From: Trichormus sp. ATA11-4-KO1
GTDB lineage: Bacteria; Cyanobacteriota; Cyanobacteriia; Cyanobacteriales; Nostocaceae
DNA length: 24,123 nucleotides
Assembly: GCA_019358915.1 (NCBI GenBank)
Contig: JAHHIM010000051.1
Location: 1-24,123 of the forward strand
Direction: 5' to 3'
In this document: positions 1 through 7,702 of the stretch, piece by piece
Numbering within the stretch: the stretch's first letter is position 1
Layout of the letters: each line of letters starts with the position of its first letter
Notes under the pieces: model-generated
Database searches by the model: none
The model's input: the letters and a program-made list of their open reading frames with translations, nothing else
Told to the model about the DNA's origin: nothing
Program-made: the position numbers and the translations under genes

Positions 1-128
1 GTAAATAATAATGAGTCTGTTTGCAATTAATGTGAGCCGAAGTCTTTTTCTGTTTGCAATTAATGTGAGCCAACAATTTTCTTGTTTGCAAGCCGGAGCG
101 TTTATGTTTGCGAGCCGCAACATATATA
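1..128 (+). repeat. Left terminal inverted repeat (pairs with 23992-24118), containing phased TGTTTGC motifs
   Basis: 1-128 matches the reverse complement of 23992-24118 except position 2 and the 39-50 spacer. TGTTTGC occurs at 18, 51, 83 and 105. Confidence 0.95.
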
Positions 129-196
129 CAGAAATCTCTATACCGAACCAGAGTTATTCTCTTCTGTCCGTTAAGGAACATGAACCACATCAATAG

Positions 197-220
197 CCCC
201 CATATTCTGGGGGTATTTTT
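197..220 (+). terminator. Probable intrinsic terminator (possibly bidirectional)
   Basis: CCCCCA-tattc-TGGGGG stem followed by TATTTTT; it also lies downstream of the minus-strand GNAT gene. Confidence 0.5.
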
Positions 221-283
221 ATGGCGTTAGTTGTCGGCATGAGCGCCCTTATATCAATGAATTGATAAGACTTTGAGGTTCTT

Positions 284-311
284 ATTACACGTAATAGCCC
301 CAACGTGTAAT
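284..311 (+). other. dif-like 11-6-11 tyrosine recombinase site (left of GNAT)
   Basis: ATTACACGTAA-TAGCCC-CAACGTGTAAT. The arms are inverted, and the left arm matches the E. coli XerD arm ATTTAACATAA at 8/11 positions. Confidence 0.6.
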
Positions 312-341
312 GTAGCCTAAATTAAGAGCGCCGCTGAAATG

Positions 342-851
342 CTACTGTACGTTAGCTCCATATTTCTTTTCAAGATAGTGAACTTCAGGATCATCTTCCC
401 GTTGCCCTAAATCAACCCATCCGTGCTTGAGATAAAATCTCATTGCCACTCGATTCGTAGGACTGACGTTCAAGCGGGCTGACTGACAACCCAGACGCTT
501 GAAAAAATGAGCTGCGTGTTGATCTAACTGCTGACCAAAACCCTGACCTCGAAACTCTGGAGTCAGGTAAAACAAATTGACGTAGCCAACGCTTGAATCG
601 TGTTTCCAACGCATCATCTCAATTTGCCCAATGATTTGCTCTTCTTTCCAAACGTGTACACAACTGTTCGGGATTTCTGTCATTCGCTGTCTCAGCCACT
701 GTAAATATTCCTCAGATCCGCTTCCATCCTCTTTATAAAACCGAGCGGCTGAACCAAAGCTGCAAATGAAAGAGTCTGCTCTGAACTGAACGCATAAATC
801 TTGATCTCGCTCTAGGTTGATAAGTTTGAACTCAAGCGTAGAAGATTGCAA
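342..851 (-). CDS. GNAT family N-acetyltransferase
   Basis: Acetyl-CoA motif YLTPEFRGQGFGQQL and C-terminal NRVAMRFYLKHGW; TTG start with GGAG upstream. Confidence 0.9.
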   Translation of the reverse strand: MQSSTLEFKLINLERDQDLCVQFRADSFICSFGSAARFYKEDGSGSEEYLQWLRQRMTEIPNSCVHVWKEEQIIGQIEMMRWKHDSSVGYVNLFYLTPEFRGQGFGQQLDQHAAHFFKRLGCQSARLNVSPTNRVAMRFYLKHGWVDLGQREDDPEVHYLEKKYGANVQ

Positions 852-907
852 TCTTGTTGCTCCAGGCTAAATTTGTGCGTTGTTTTTTGGTTCGTGATTC
901 ATGCAGC

Positions 908-935
908 ATTACACATTAGAGCCATTACGTGTAAC
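908..935 (-). other. dif-like 11-6-11 site (right of GNAT), inverted relative to 284-311
   Basis: Reverse complement reads GTTACACGTAA-TGGCTC-TAATGTGTAAT, 23/28 identical to the left site. Confidence 0.6.
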
Positions 936-1269
936 ACACGGTTCAAACTCTTCTGGCTTCATTCATGTCTAAGACGCGATCGCCTAGTCTAAGGAACGAC
1001 CGAGCAAGAGCATTGCGAAGCCGCACCCACCTCAAACCCTTATATATCAAACTTTTCTCTGAGTCAGTAAATAAATTTTCTTACTTTTTTCTTACCTACG
1101 CTAATAATCATAAGTAAATTTGCAAGTTAACAAGATAACTCATAGATATAAATCGATGTAAAAAACTCTCCTTTCAAATCACAACAGGCATTAGATCAGC
1201 TTGTAATTAATTTAGCTTTAGATTACTGAGATACCAAGACCGTGTAAAAGTGGTCAATTTCTAGCTATA

Positions 1270-1400
1270 AATGTATTTTTGTAATTAATTACATTTGTAT
1301 TAATACTCTTTTGTGCATTTGTAAATTTGTAATTTAGGGATTAAGCTTGGTATTGCGACCTTTTGAAATTTGTCATAACCTAATGAATTACATTTTTACA
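1270..1400. promoter_or_regulatory. parC-like centromere/operator upstream of parA
   Basis: TGTA at 1272, 1280, 1296, 1320 and 1328 (TGTG at 1312) in 8-bp phase, plus TACA at 1389 and 1397. Confidence 0.6.
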
Positions 1401-1411
1401 AAAACACATTT

Positions 1412-2062
1412 ATGAAAATTGCAGTTTTGAACCAAAAGGGAGGCAGTGGCAAGACTACAGTATCCATCCATTTGGCTCATGCTTTTTCTATGAAAGGGTA
1501 TCGAGTATTACTTGTTGATACTGACCCTCAAGGCTCAACCCGTGACTGGGCAGCAGCACGTAATGGTGAAGCTCCATTTAGCGTTATTGGTTTGGATCGT
1601 CCTATCTTGCATAAAGAATTGCCCAAACTAGCGCAGGGGTATGATTTTGTTTTCATTGATGGTGCGCCAAGAGTTTCTGACTTAACCAGATCAGCAATCA
1701 TGGCAGTGGATTTTGTGCTGGTTCCTGTGCAACCATCTCCCCTGGACGTGTGGGCGGTGCATGAGGTAGTAGAACTGGTACAAGAGGCCACTATATATAA
1801 ACCAGACTTAACAGCAGCATTTCTAATCAACAGAAAGATAGCGAACACTGCTCTTGGGCGAGAAGTAACTGAAGTTTTAGGAGAATACCCCTTTCCAGTG
1901 CTAAAAGCACAGATAAGTCAAAGGGTAGCATTTGCTGAGTGTTTGAACATTGGGAGTACTGTTTTGGAGGCTGCCCCGAAAAGTGCTGCCAGTGATGAAG
2001 TACGAGCTGTTGTTGAGGAAATATTAGAAGCAAGAAAGGAAACTAATCATGGCAGAAGTTAA
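1412..2062 (+). CDS. parA: ParA/ParF-type Walker-box partition ATPase (type Ib)
   Basis: NQKGGSGKTT deviant Walker A, LVDTDPQGS, FIDGAP, VPVQPSPLD; short, with no N-terminal HTH. Confidence 0.95.
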   Translation: MKIAVLNQKGGSGKTTVSIHLAHAFSMKGYRVLLVDTDPQGSTRDWAAARNGEAPFSVIGLDRPILHKELPKLAQGYDFVFIDGAPRVSDLTRSAIMAVDFVLVPVQPSPLDVWAVHEVVELVQEATIYKPDLTAAFLINRKIANTALGREVTEVLGEYPFPVLKAQISQRVAFAECLNIGSTVLEAAPKSAASDEVRAVVEEILEARKETNHGRS

Positions 2063-2324
2063 AAAATCACAAAAACTAAGCTTGAAGCCAGGTGTTCAGA
2101 AAACACCTGTTCAAGAAGAAGCAGCAGCATGGGTGGAAAGTCGCAATGGTGCTGAAGTGCCTAGTAATATCGTTCACGAAGAAGCTAACAACGGCAAAAG
2201 CAAGCGCGTTACTTTTGAAGTCACCTCAGCACAGCACCAGGAGATTAAAATCCGCGCTACCAAAAAGGGCATGACTATTAAGGAGTATATGATTGCTCTA
2301 GTTGAGGAGGAGCTAAAAAACTAA
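2049..2324 (+). CDS. ParG-like ribbon-helix-helix centromere-binding protein
   Basis: Overlaps the parA stop; flexible N-terminus followed by an RHH pattern KRVTFEV...HQEIKIRATKKGMTIKEYMIALVEEEL. Confidence 0.8.
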   Translation: MAEVKKSQKLSLKPGVQKTPVQEEAAAWVESRNGAEVPSNIVHEEANNGKSKRVTFEVTSAQHQEIKIRATKKGMTIKEYMIALVEEELKN

Positions 2325-2378
2325 TGTAATTTATTACATTATTACACTTGCATTTATTTACATAATTACATTATTACA
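2325..2378. repeat. Second parC-like repeat array downstream of the parG-like gene
   Basis: TACA at 2335, 2343, 2359, 2367 and 2375 (8-bp phase) with inverted TGTA at 2325; same motif as upstream of parA. Confidence 0.65.
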
Positions 2379-2422
2379 ACTGTTTGGAGATTTAAGATGC
2401 AGTTGGGCAAGGGGTTTGAGTT

Positions 2423-3439
2423 ATGAGTGATTTAACGGTTAATGATGGTTCATATCAGCAGTTGTTAGATCGCATTGGTGAGTGTTTGGCGTTGGGGCGA
2501 CAACGGGCTTTTGAGCAGGTTAATTCAGTTTTAGTAGAAACTTACTGGCAGATTGGGCGGTATATTGTCGAGTTTGAGCAAGCGGGCAAGGAACGGGCAG
2601 AATATGGCTCGAAGTTGTTACAGGTGCTTTCACGAGATTTGAAAGCTGCGTATGGTAAAGGGTTTAGCCGTTCTAATTTGCAGTATATGCGTCTGTTTTA
2701 TTTGAACTATGAGAATTGCCAAACACTGTCTGGCAAATTGAGTTGGTCACACTATACAGAGCTTTTGGCTATTTCGGATGATTTGGCGCGGTCATTTTAT
2801 GAGCAGCAGTGCATCCAAGATCGCTGGAGTGTGCGGGAGTTGAAACGCCAGAAGGATTCGGCTTTGTTTGAGCGGGTGGCGTTGAGTAAGGATCGGGCGG
2901 AGATTTTGGCACTGGCTAAGGATGGGCAACGCATCGAGTCGGCGCGGGATGTGGTCAAAGATCCTTATGTGTTCGAGTTTTTGGATTTACCAGACCGCAA
3001 TTATCGTGAGAGTGAGTTAGAAAATCGTTTAATTGCTGAGTTGGAGAAGTTTCTACTTGAGTTGGGCAAGGGGTTTGCATTTATTGGGCAGCAATACCGA
3101 ATTACGTTAAACAACACGCATTTTTTTGTGGATTTGGTGTTTTATCATCGCATTCTCAAGTGTTTTGTCTTAATCGATCTGAAGACGCGAGCGGTGAGTC
3201 ATCAGGATATTGGACAGATGAATATGTATCTAAATTATTTTCGCGCTGAGGAGAATATGGAGGATGACAACGAGCCGATAGGAATTGTGTTGGCGCGAGA
3301 TAAAGATGAGATTTTGGTTGAGTATGCGACGGGTGGTATTTCTAATCAGCTTTTCGTGTCGAGATATCAGCTTTATTTGCCAGATCCGGAGGTTTTAAAG
3401 CAGGAGTTAAGGCGGCTTTTGGAGGTAAATGATGGGTGA
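2423..3439 (+). CDS. DUF1016/YhcG family PD-(D/E)XK nuclease-domain protein
   Basis: Family motifs YWQIGRYIVEFEQ, LSWSHY, WSVRELKRQ, KDPYVFEFL, FLLELGKGFAFIGQQ, DLVFYHRILKCFVLIDLK, GQMNMYLNY. Confidence 0.93.
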   Translation: MSDLTVNDGSYQQLLDRIGECLALGRQRAFEQVNSVLVETYWQIGRYIVEFEQAGKERAEYGSKLLQVLSRDLKAAYGKGFSRSNLQYMRLFYLNYENCQTLSGKLSWSHYTELLAISDDLARSFYEQQCIQDRWSVRELKRQKDSALFERVALSKDRAEILALAKDGQRIESARDVVKDPYVFEFLDLPDRNYRESELENRLIAELEKFLLELGKGFAFIGQQYRITLNNTHFFVDLVFYHRILKCFVLIDLKTRAVSHQDIGQMNMYLNYFRAEENMEDDNEPIGIVLARDKDEILVEYATGGISNQLFVSRYQLYLPDPEVLKQELRRLLEVNDG

Positions 3440-3666
3440 GTTGAAATTTTTTGTTTTCGGAATTGCCGTAGATATAGCAAATTCAGTAAATGTTCTTTTA
3501 CTCGGATGATGGAGTTCTACAGCATTAAGAAACTTAGTAATTAATTTCTTACCAAGGGTTATAACGAGTCAAGATATAGCAAGGTGATTGAGAGCCAGTG
3601 CCGCGCAGGCGTATTGCTCTGTCGCACCAGCGAAGCCATTGTTCAAGCCAATACTGAGTTTATCGT

Positions 3667-3912
3667 TTATAAGCCCATTTTGGAACTTATATCGGCTTGA
3701 AGACATTTCAAGAAAACATCACAATCTTGACTACCCTCATGTTTGGGGATAAATATAATCTCTTTTACACAACAATCCAGAGATTCTTTTATATTGACGT
3801 TTTTAGAAATAAAATCACTAACTCTAGGTACAGCTACAAAATTTAATCTGTAAGCACTTAAATATTTAGTTAACTTTTCATCGGAATAAATCTTAACCAA
3901 AATATCAATCAT
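3667..3912 (-). CDS. Small hypothetical protein downstream of the TOPRIM gene
   Basis: 81-aa ATG ORF starting 13 nt after the 3926 stop on the same strand; no recognisable motif. Confidence 0.55.
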   Translation of the reverse strand: MIDILVKIYSDEKLTKYLSAYRLNFVAVPRVSDFISKNVNIKESLDCCVKEIIFIPKHEGSQDCDVFLKCLQADISSKMGL

Positions 3913-3925
3913 TTCTTCAGTATAT

Positions 3926-5053
3926 TCAGTAAATAACTTTGCCTAAATATTCTTTGATAATATCAACAATTATCTTAAAATCAACAAAATCGCCAGCTTG
4001 TTTTCTTTCTTCACATATCCATTTGCAAAATTTCATTTTTTGAAATTCTTGAATTTTGTTTTCTTCTCCATACTCCCCATATTTAACTTTTGGCAAATAA
4101 AAATCTTGAGTGAATAAATGATCAGGGAATAGATTTTCAATACCTTTCTTAACTTTTCGATTTTCTTGTTTAGGTATTTTTCTGATTTTTAGTTTTTCAT
4201 GGTCTTCATTAGGTTTATTAGTATCACAATCATAGAGCAGTAATACTTTTTTAGTTAGGAACTGAGGGTTAGAAATAAGAACATCTCTGGTATTATTTAA
4301 GCCACTATCACCAGTATTTATGCTTTTTCCTTTACCTATAGAAGCTCCTACCCATTCAATGTCAGCTTGTTCTAAAATTTCTGTTTCTCCTAGTAATTCT
4401 AAGGCAGTTTTAATATAAATTGGATCTGTTTCTCCTTCTGTCAAAACTAGAGGCTTAGAACCTTTTTCTACAGTTAATTTTACGTCATCCTTAATTGCAT
4501 TAATTTTCTTACAATAATCAAAAAACATCCATTGACCATGTTCAGACATTAGATAACTACAGTAGTCTTCCCATACATGAACAGTCCAATAATTTAGTCC
4601 TTTATGAAGAGCTTCATAAATAGGATGATTTTCTCTATAGCGATAATTTAGAAAGTCTTTAGGATAAGTTACTTCCGTATGAGCTGGTATATTATAACGG
4701 GACATCATTCTTAATAAACCAATTCCCTCAGCTTCCCACATTCTAAGGTGTTGAATTACATAAGATAAATGAGCGGGATTGGAAGAATCTGCAACAACAA
4801 TAATACAAAACCCTAAGTATAGAGGGTTGTCGTATCCTCCTTGAAAATAACCTTTTTCAAAAGCATTAATAATACTTTGTGCTTGATTGTCTTCTAAAAC
4901 ATTGTCAATCCACCAATTAGGAATTTTTTTATCCTCCAATCCATAACCACACATGACCCAAAAACTACCAACAATGTTTTGAGGATACTCTTGAAGTAAC
5001 GCATACGATATTGTACAATTTGTAACACCAATCCTAGGTAAAAGCACTGCCAT
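3926..5053 (-). CDS. Protein with C-terminal OLD-family-like TOPRIM nuclease domain and unknown N-terminal domain
   Basis: LVLTEGETDPIYIKTAL (TOPRIM Glu), LLLYDCDT (DxD), KGIENLF; no Walker A motif; AT-rich gene. Confidence 0.72.
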   Translation of the reverse strand: MAVLLPRIGVTNCTISYALLQEYPQNIVGSFWVMCGYGLEDKKIPNWWIDNVLEDNQAQSIINAFEKGYFQGGYDNPLYLGFCIIVVADSSNPAHLSYVIQHLRMWEAEGIGLLRMMSRYNIPAHTEVTYPKDFLNYRYRENHPIYEALHKGLNYWTVHVWEDYCSYLMSEHGQWMFFDYCKKINAIKDDVKLTVEKGSKPLVLTEGETDPIYIKTALELLGETEILEQADIEWVGASIGKGKSINTGDSGLNNTRDVLISNPQFLTKKVLLLYDCDTNKPNEDHEKLKIRKIPKQENRKVKKGIENLFPDHLFTQDFYLPKVKYGEYGEENKIQEFQKMKFCKWICEERKQAGDFVDFKIIVDIIKEYLGKVIY

Positions 5054-5103
5054 AGCAAAATTTATTATTAGTAAAAATAGAAGGCAGACAAGACATTAAA
5101 ATA

Positions 5104-5706
5104 CTATAAATCACCCCAATCAAAATTCAAGAAACGTCGAGCATTCAGCTTAGTATATTTTTCAGTGTGCTTGATATCGCGGTGTCCCAAAAAGTCCTGA
5201 ATCTCTCTAGTGCTGTAACCCTGGTTCACCAGATAATAACCGCAAGCATGGCGCATCATATGGCAGTGAACTTTGATATCAAGCCCCGCCTGTACCGCCA
5301 GCCGCCCCATTAACTTCCGTACCGCATCAGTGGACATCACTTCCCCACGCTCAGATACAAAAATATATTTGCTATTAGGGAATTGTTCTCTAAGTTTTTT
5401 GAGCAAAGTTATTTCATCATCTCTCAAGGGATGCACCCCAGAATCACTACCTTTCTCCCTGGTGATGTAAATCTGGCGTTCCCCCCACATCACTGCATCC
5501 CAGCGCAAACCGCAGGATTTACCTACAGCTTCCCCCACCCTCAGCCCGTGGCGGAACATAAGCAACATCAGTGTGTAGTCACGGTGAGCATAACGAGCTT
5601 TACGATTTAGCGCGGCATTGAGGAGAGATCGCACCTCGCTTGGTGTAAGGTATTCTCTAGACCTGTAATGCTTGTTAGGTTTACGTCCTGGCGGGGTGGT
5701 CGTCAT
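5104..5706 (-). CDS. FimB/FimE-like tyrosine recombinase (probable plasmid resolvase)
   Basis: REYLT, RHGLRVGE (R), EKGS (K), HMMRH (HxxR), LGHRDIKHTEKY (H, Y). The ORF extends to 5772, but ATG 5706 (MTTTPPG) gives a typical ~200-aa size. Confidence 0.9.
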   Translation of the reverse strand: MTTTPPGRKPNKHYRSREYLTPSEVRSLLNAALNRKARYAHRDYTLMLLMFRHGLRVGEAVGKSCGLRWDAVMWGERQIYITREKGSDSGVHPLRDDEITLLKKLREQFPNSKYIFVSERGEVMSTDAVRKLMGRLAVQAGLDIKVHCHMMRHACGYYLVNQGYSTREIQDFLGHRDIKHTEKYTKLNARRFLNFDWGDL

Positions 5707-5853
5707 TTGTTTGGGATAACTGTCCTCTTTACGCGACTTATTCTGGACACTATAACTCGCTGTGATCCCCATTATTTCGTCAACAAACGCGTCACGCCAA
5801 AGTTATTGCGAACAGTTATCAATTAATCAATACCTCCATCTTGGCTCAATGCT

Positions 5854-5893
5854 AAATAGTCAGTCTGCGATTGCGATCGCAGACTGACTATTT
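5854..5893. repeat. Perfect 18-bp inverted repeat with 4-nt loop overlapping a HIP1 site
   Basis: AAATAGTCAGTCTGCGAT-tgcg-ATCGCAGACTGACTATTT; GCGATCGC at 5873-5880. Confidence 0.9.
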
Positions 5894-6353
5894 GGCTATC
5901 ACTCCACTAGCTGAACAATTTTTCAACCACTGCGCCTTGTTACAGATCATCCAAAACAAGGGATATTGCGACTGCGGCGATCATTCTCACCAAAAGTATC
6001 CCTCTTTGCTTGGACACTTAAGTATCCAATAAAGTAAGCAAAGCCAAGAGCGATTGAATAGGCGGATAACCATAATTAGTGGCTCTACCTAGACCTACAA
6101 CCAGTAGACCGAAAAGTTTTCCAGAAGCCTTGCCAGTCTTTGATTTACGCTTGGGAATACCAGGAGCCGAAATCAGCTTGTAATCTGCGTTTTAAGAACT
6201 TTTGTTCTGGGTGGACTTCAGAGCGATCGCAACTGGCTATGATTGCCAGTCCCAAAAACGACGGCTAAAACCCTCATTGTTTCGTCAACTTCCAAAAGTT
6301 TTCGATCTACTGACAACAGCAATATAGTCGCTCTACAGTAGCTTTATTAAATG

Positions 6354-6372
6354 GTGATATATTGAATATCAC
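6354..6372. promoter_or_regulatory. Palindromic operator upstream of the toxin-antitoxin operon
   Basis: GTGATAT-attga-ATATCAC about 50 bp before the antitoxin start, typical of TA autoregulation. Confidence 0.55.
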
Positions 6373-6419
6373 TTAAATTTACTCAATAATAGAAATAAAC
6401 ATCTCTGGTAGGCACGCTT

Positions 6420-7121
6420 ATGACCGAGCTTTACGGAGAAACTGACCCTAGAGACATTCCCACCTACTCCATTAGCGATGCTGCCCGTTACTTGCGTATT
6501 CCAGTCGGCACTGTTCGATCTTGGACGATTGGGAGACACTATCCAATCTCAAACGGTTCCAGCTTCTTTAGACCCCTAATTCCAATTCGTGATCTTAAAC
6601 CACGACTCCTCTCATTCACCAATTTAGTTGAGGTTCATGTTCTAAGAGCAATTCGCAAACACCATCAAATTGATTTAGGCAATGTGCGAACCGCTCTTGA
6701 TTTTATTGATGAACAATTTCAAGCATCTCATCCGCTTGCTCGTGAACGTTTTCTTACCGATGGTGTTGACCTGTTCATTGAGCGATATGGCTCTTTGATT
6801 AATGCCTCTAAAAAGGTACAAACGGAGCTAAAAGAAGCTTTTGCTGCTCACCTTGAACGAATTGAACCAGACGATACAGGACTTGCAATTAAGCTTTACC
6901 CCTTTACCCGCTCTCACGAGGAAGACAACCCTCGCGTTGTTGTCATCGATCCTCGTATCGCCTTTGGTCGCCTTGTCATCGTTGGAACAGGGATTGCTAC
7001 CAGCGTCTTGGCAGAGCGCTATCAAGCAGGTGATTCAATTGACGAACTTGCTTATGATTACGACTGTGATCGGCTTATGATTGAAGAAGCTATCCGGTGT
7101 GAACTACCTGCTGTTGCATGA
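6420..7121 (+). CDS. DUF433-domain antitoxin (VapB45/Rv2018-like) with N-terminal HTH
   Basis: YSISDAARYLRIPVGTVRSW (HTH), LSFTNLVEVHVL, and C-terminal IDPRIAFGRLVIVGTGIATSVLAERYQAGDSIDELAYDY (DUF433). Confidence 0.9.
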   Translation: MTELYGETDPRDIPTYSISDAARYLRIPVGTVRSWTIGRHYPISNGSSFFRPLIPIRDLKPRLLSFTNLVEVHVLRAIRKHHQIDLGNVRTALDFIDEQFQASHPLARERFLTDGVDLFIERYGSLINASKKVQTELKEAFAAHLERIEPDDTGLAIKLYPFTRSHEEDNPRVVVIDPRIAFGRLVIVGTGIATSVLAERYQAGDSIDELAYDYDCDRLMIEEAIRCELPAVA

Positions 7122-7552
7122 CCCAGCCTCAATCGATTACGTTTTTCATAGATAGATGTCTAGGTAATAAGCGTATTGTACAAACACTTCGCGGTGCAGG
7201 TATCACTATTGAAATTCATGATGAACACTTTGAAAAAGGCGCTCAAGACGTAAACTGGTTGCCAGAGATTGGCAAAAGAGGCTGGGTTGTTTTGACCAAA
7301 GATGGCAGGATTAGCAACAACTTAATAGAAAGGATTGCCGTTGCACGCGCTCAGGTCAAGATGTTTATATTTGCTTCCCAAAGTGTATCAGGAGAAGAGA
7401 TGGCTTCAATCTTTCTAAAAGCGATCATCCCAATGCAAGAATTCGTTCGTAAACATCCTGCCCCATTCATCGCCAAAATCTACCGTGATAGCAGCATTAC
7501 CATGTGGAAGGACAGCGAAAAACTAGTGGAAGAATCACAGCAGTTTTTGTAA
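7118..7552 (+). CDS. VapC45-like PIN-domain toxin
   Basis: FFIDRCLG, DVNWL, GWVVLTKDGRI; ATGA overlap with the antitoxin gene. Confidence 0.88.
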   Translation: MTQPQSITFFIDRCLGNKRIVQTLRGAGITIEIHDEHFEKGAQDVNWLPEIGKRGWVVLTKDGRISNNLIERIAVARAQVKMFIFASQSVSGEEMASIFLKAIIPMQEFVRKHPAPFIAKIYRDSSITMWKDSEKLVEESQQFL

Positions 7553-7702
7553 ACATTTAGCCAAGACTAGCAAAAACTGTTCTCATCATTATACCTTCTC
7601 TATAAGACGCTATTGGTACAGGTTTATCCCTGGCGATCAGGATATTGAAAACGGCTCACCAATTCCTTAGCATAACTTTCTGCACGGTTGCTCATTTCAC
7701 CC

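Noticed and set aside
1..128. Terminal repeats as Tn7/CAST or IS ends
   Set aside because: There is no terminal TGT..ACA and no transposase or TnsB gene in the window. Mobilisation in trans cannot be excluded.
11..196. 61-aa ORF at the left end
   Set aside because: It is a translation of the terminal repeat array (repeated FAINVS), with no RBS or protein-like features.
976..983. HIP1 octamers (976, 5873, 6223, 13995) as a special signal
   Set aside because: This is an ordinary cyanobacterial genome signature, used only as a host indicator.
3470..3582. AGATATAGCAA direct repeat about 100 bp apart between convergent genes
   Set aside because: It could be an insertion scar, but nothing element-like lies between the copies, so the evidence is insufficient.
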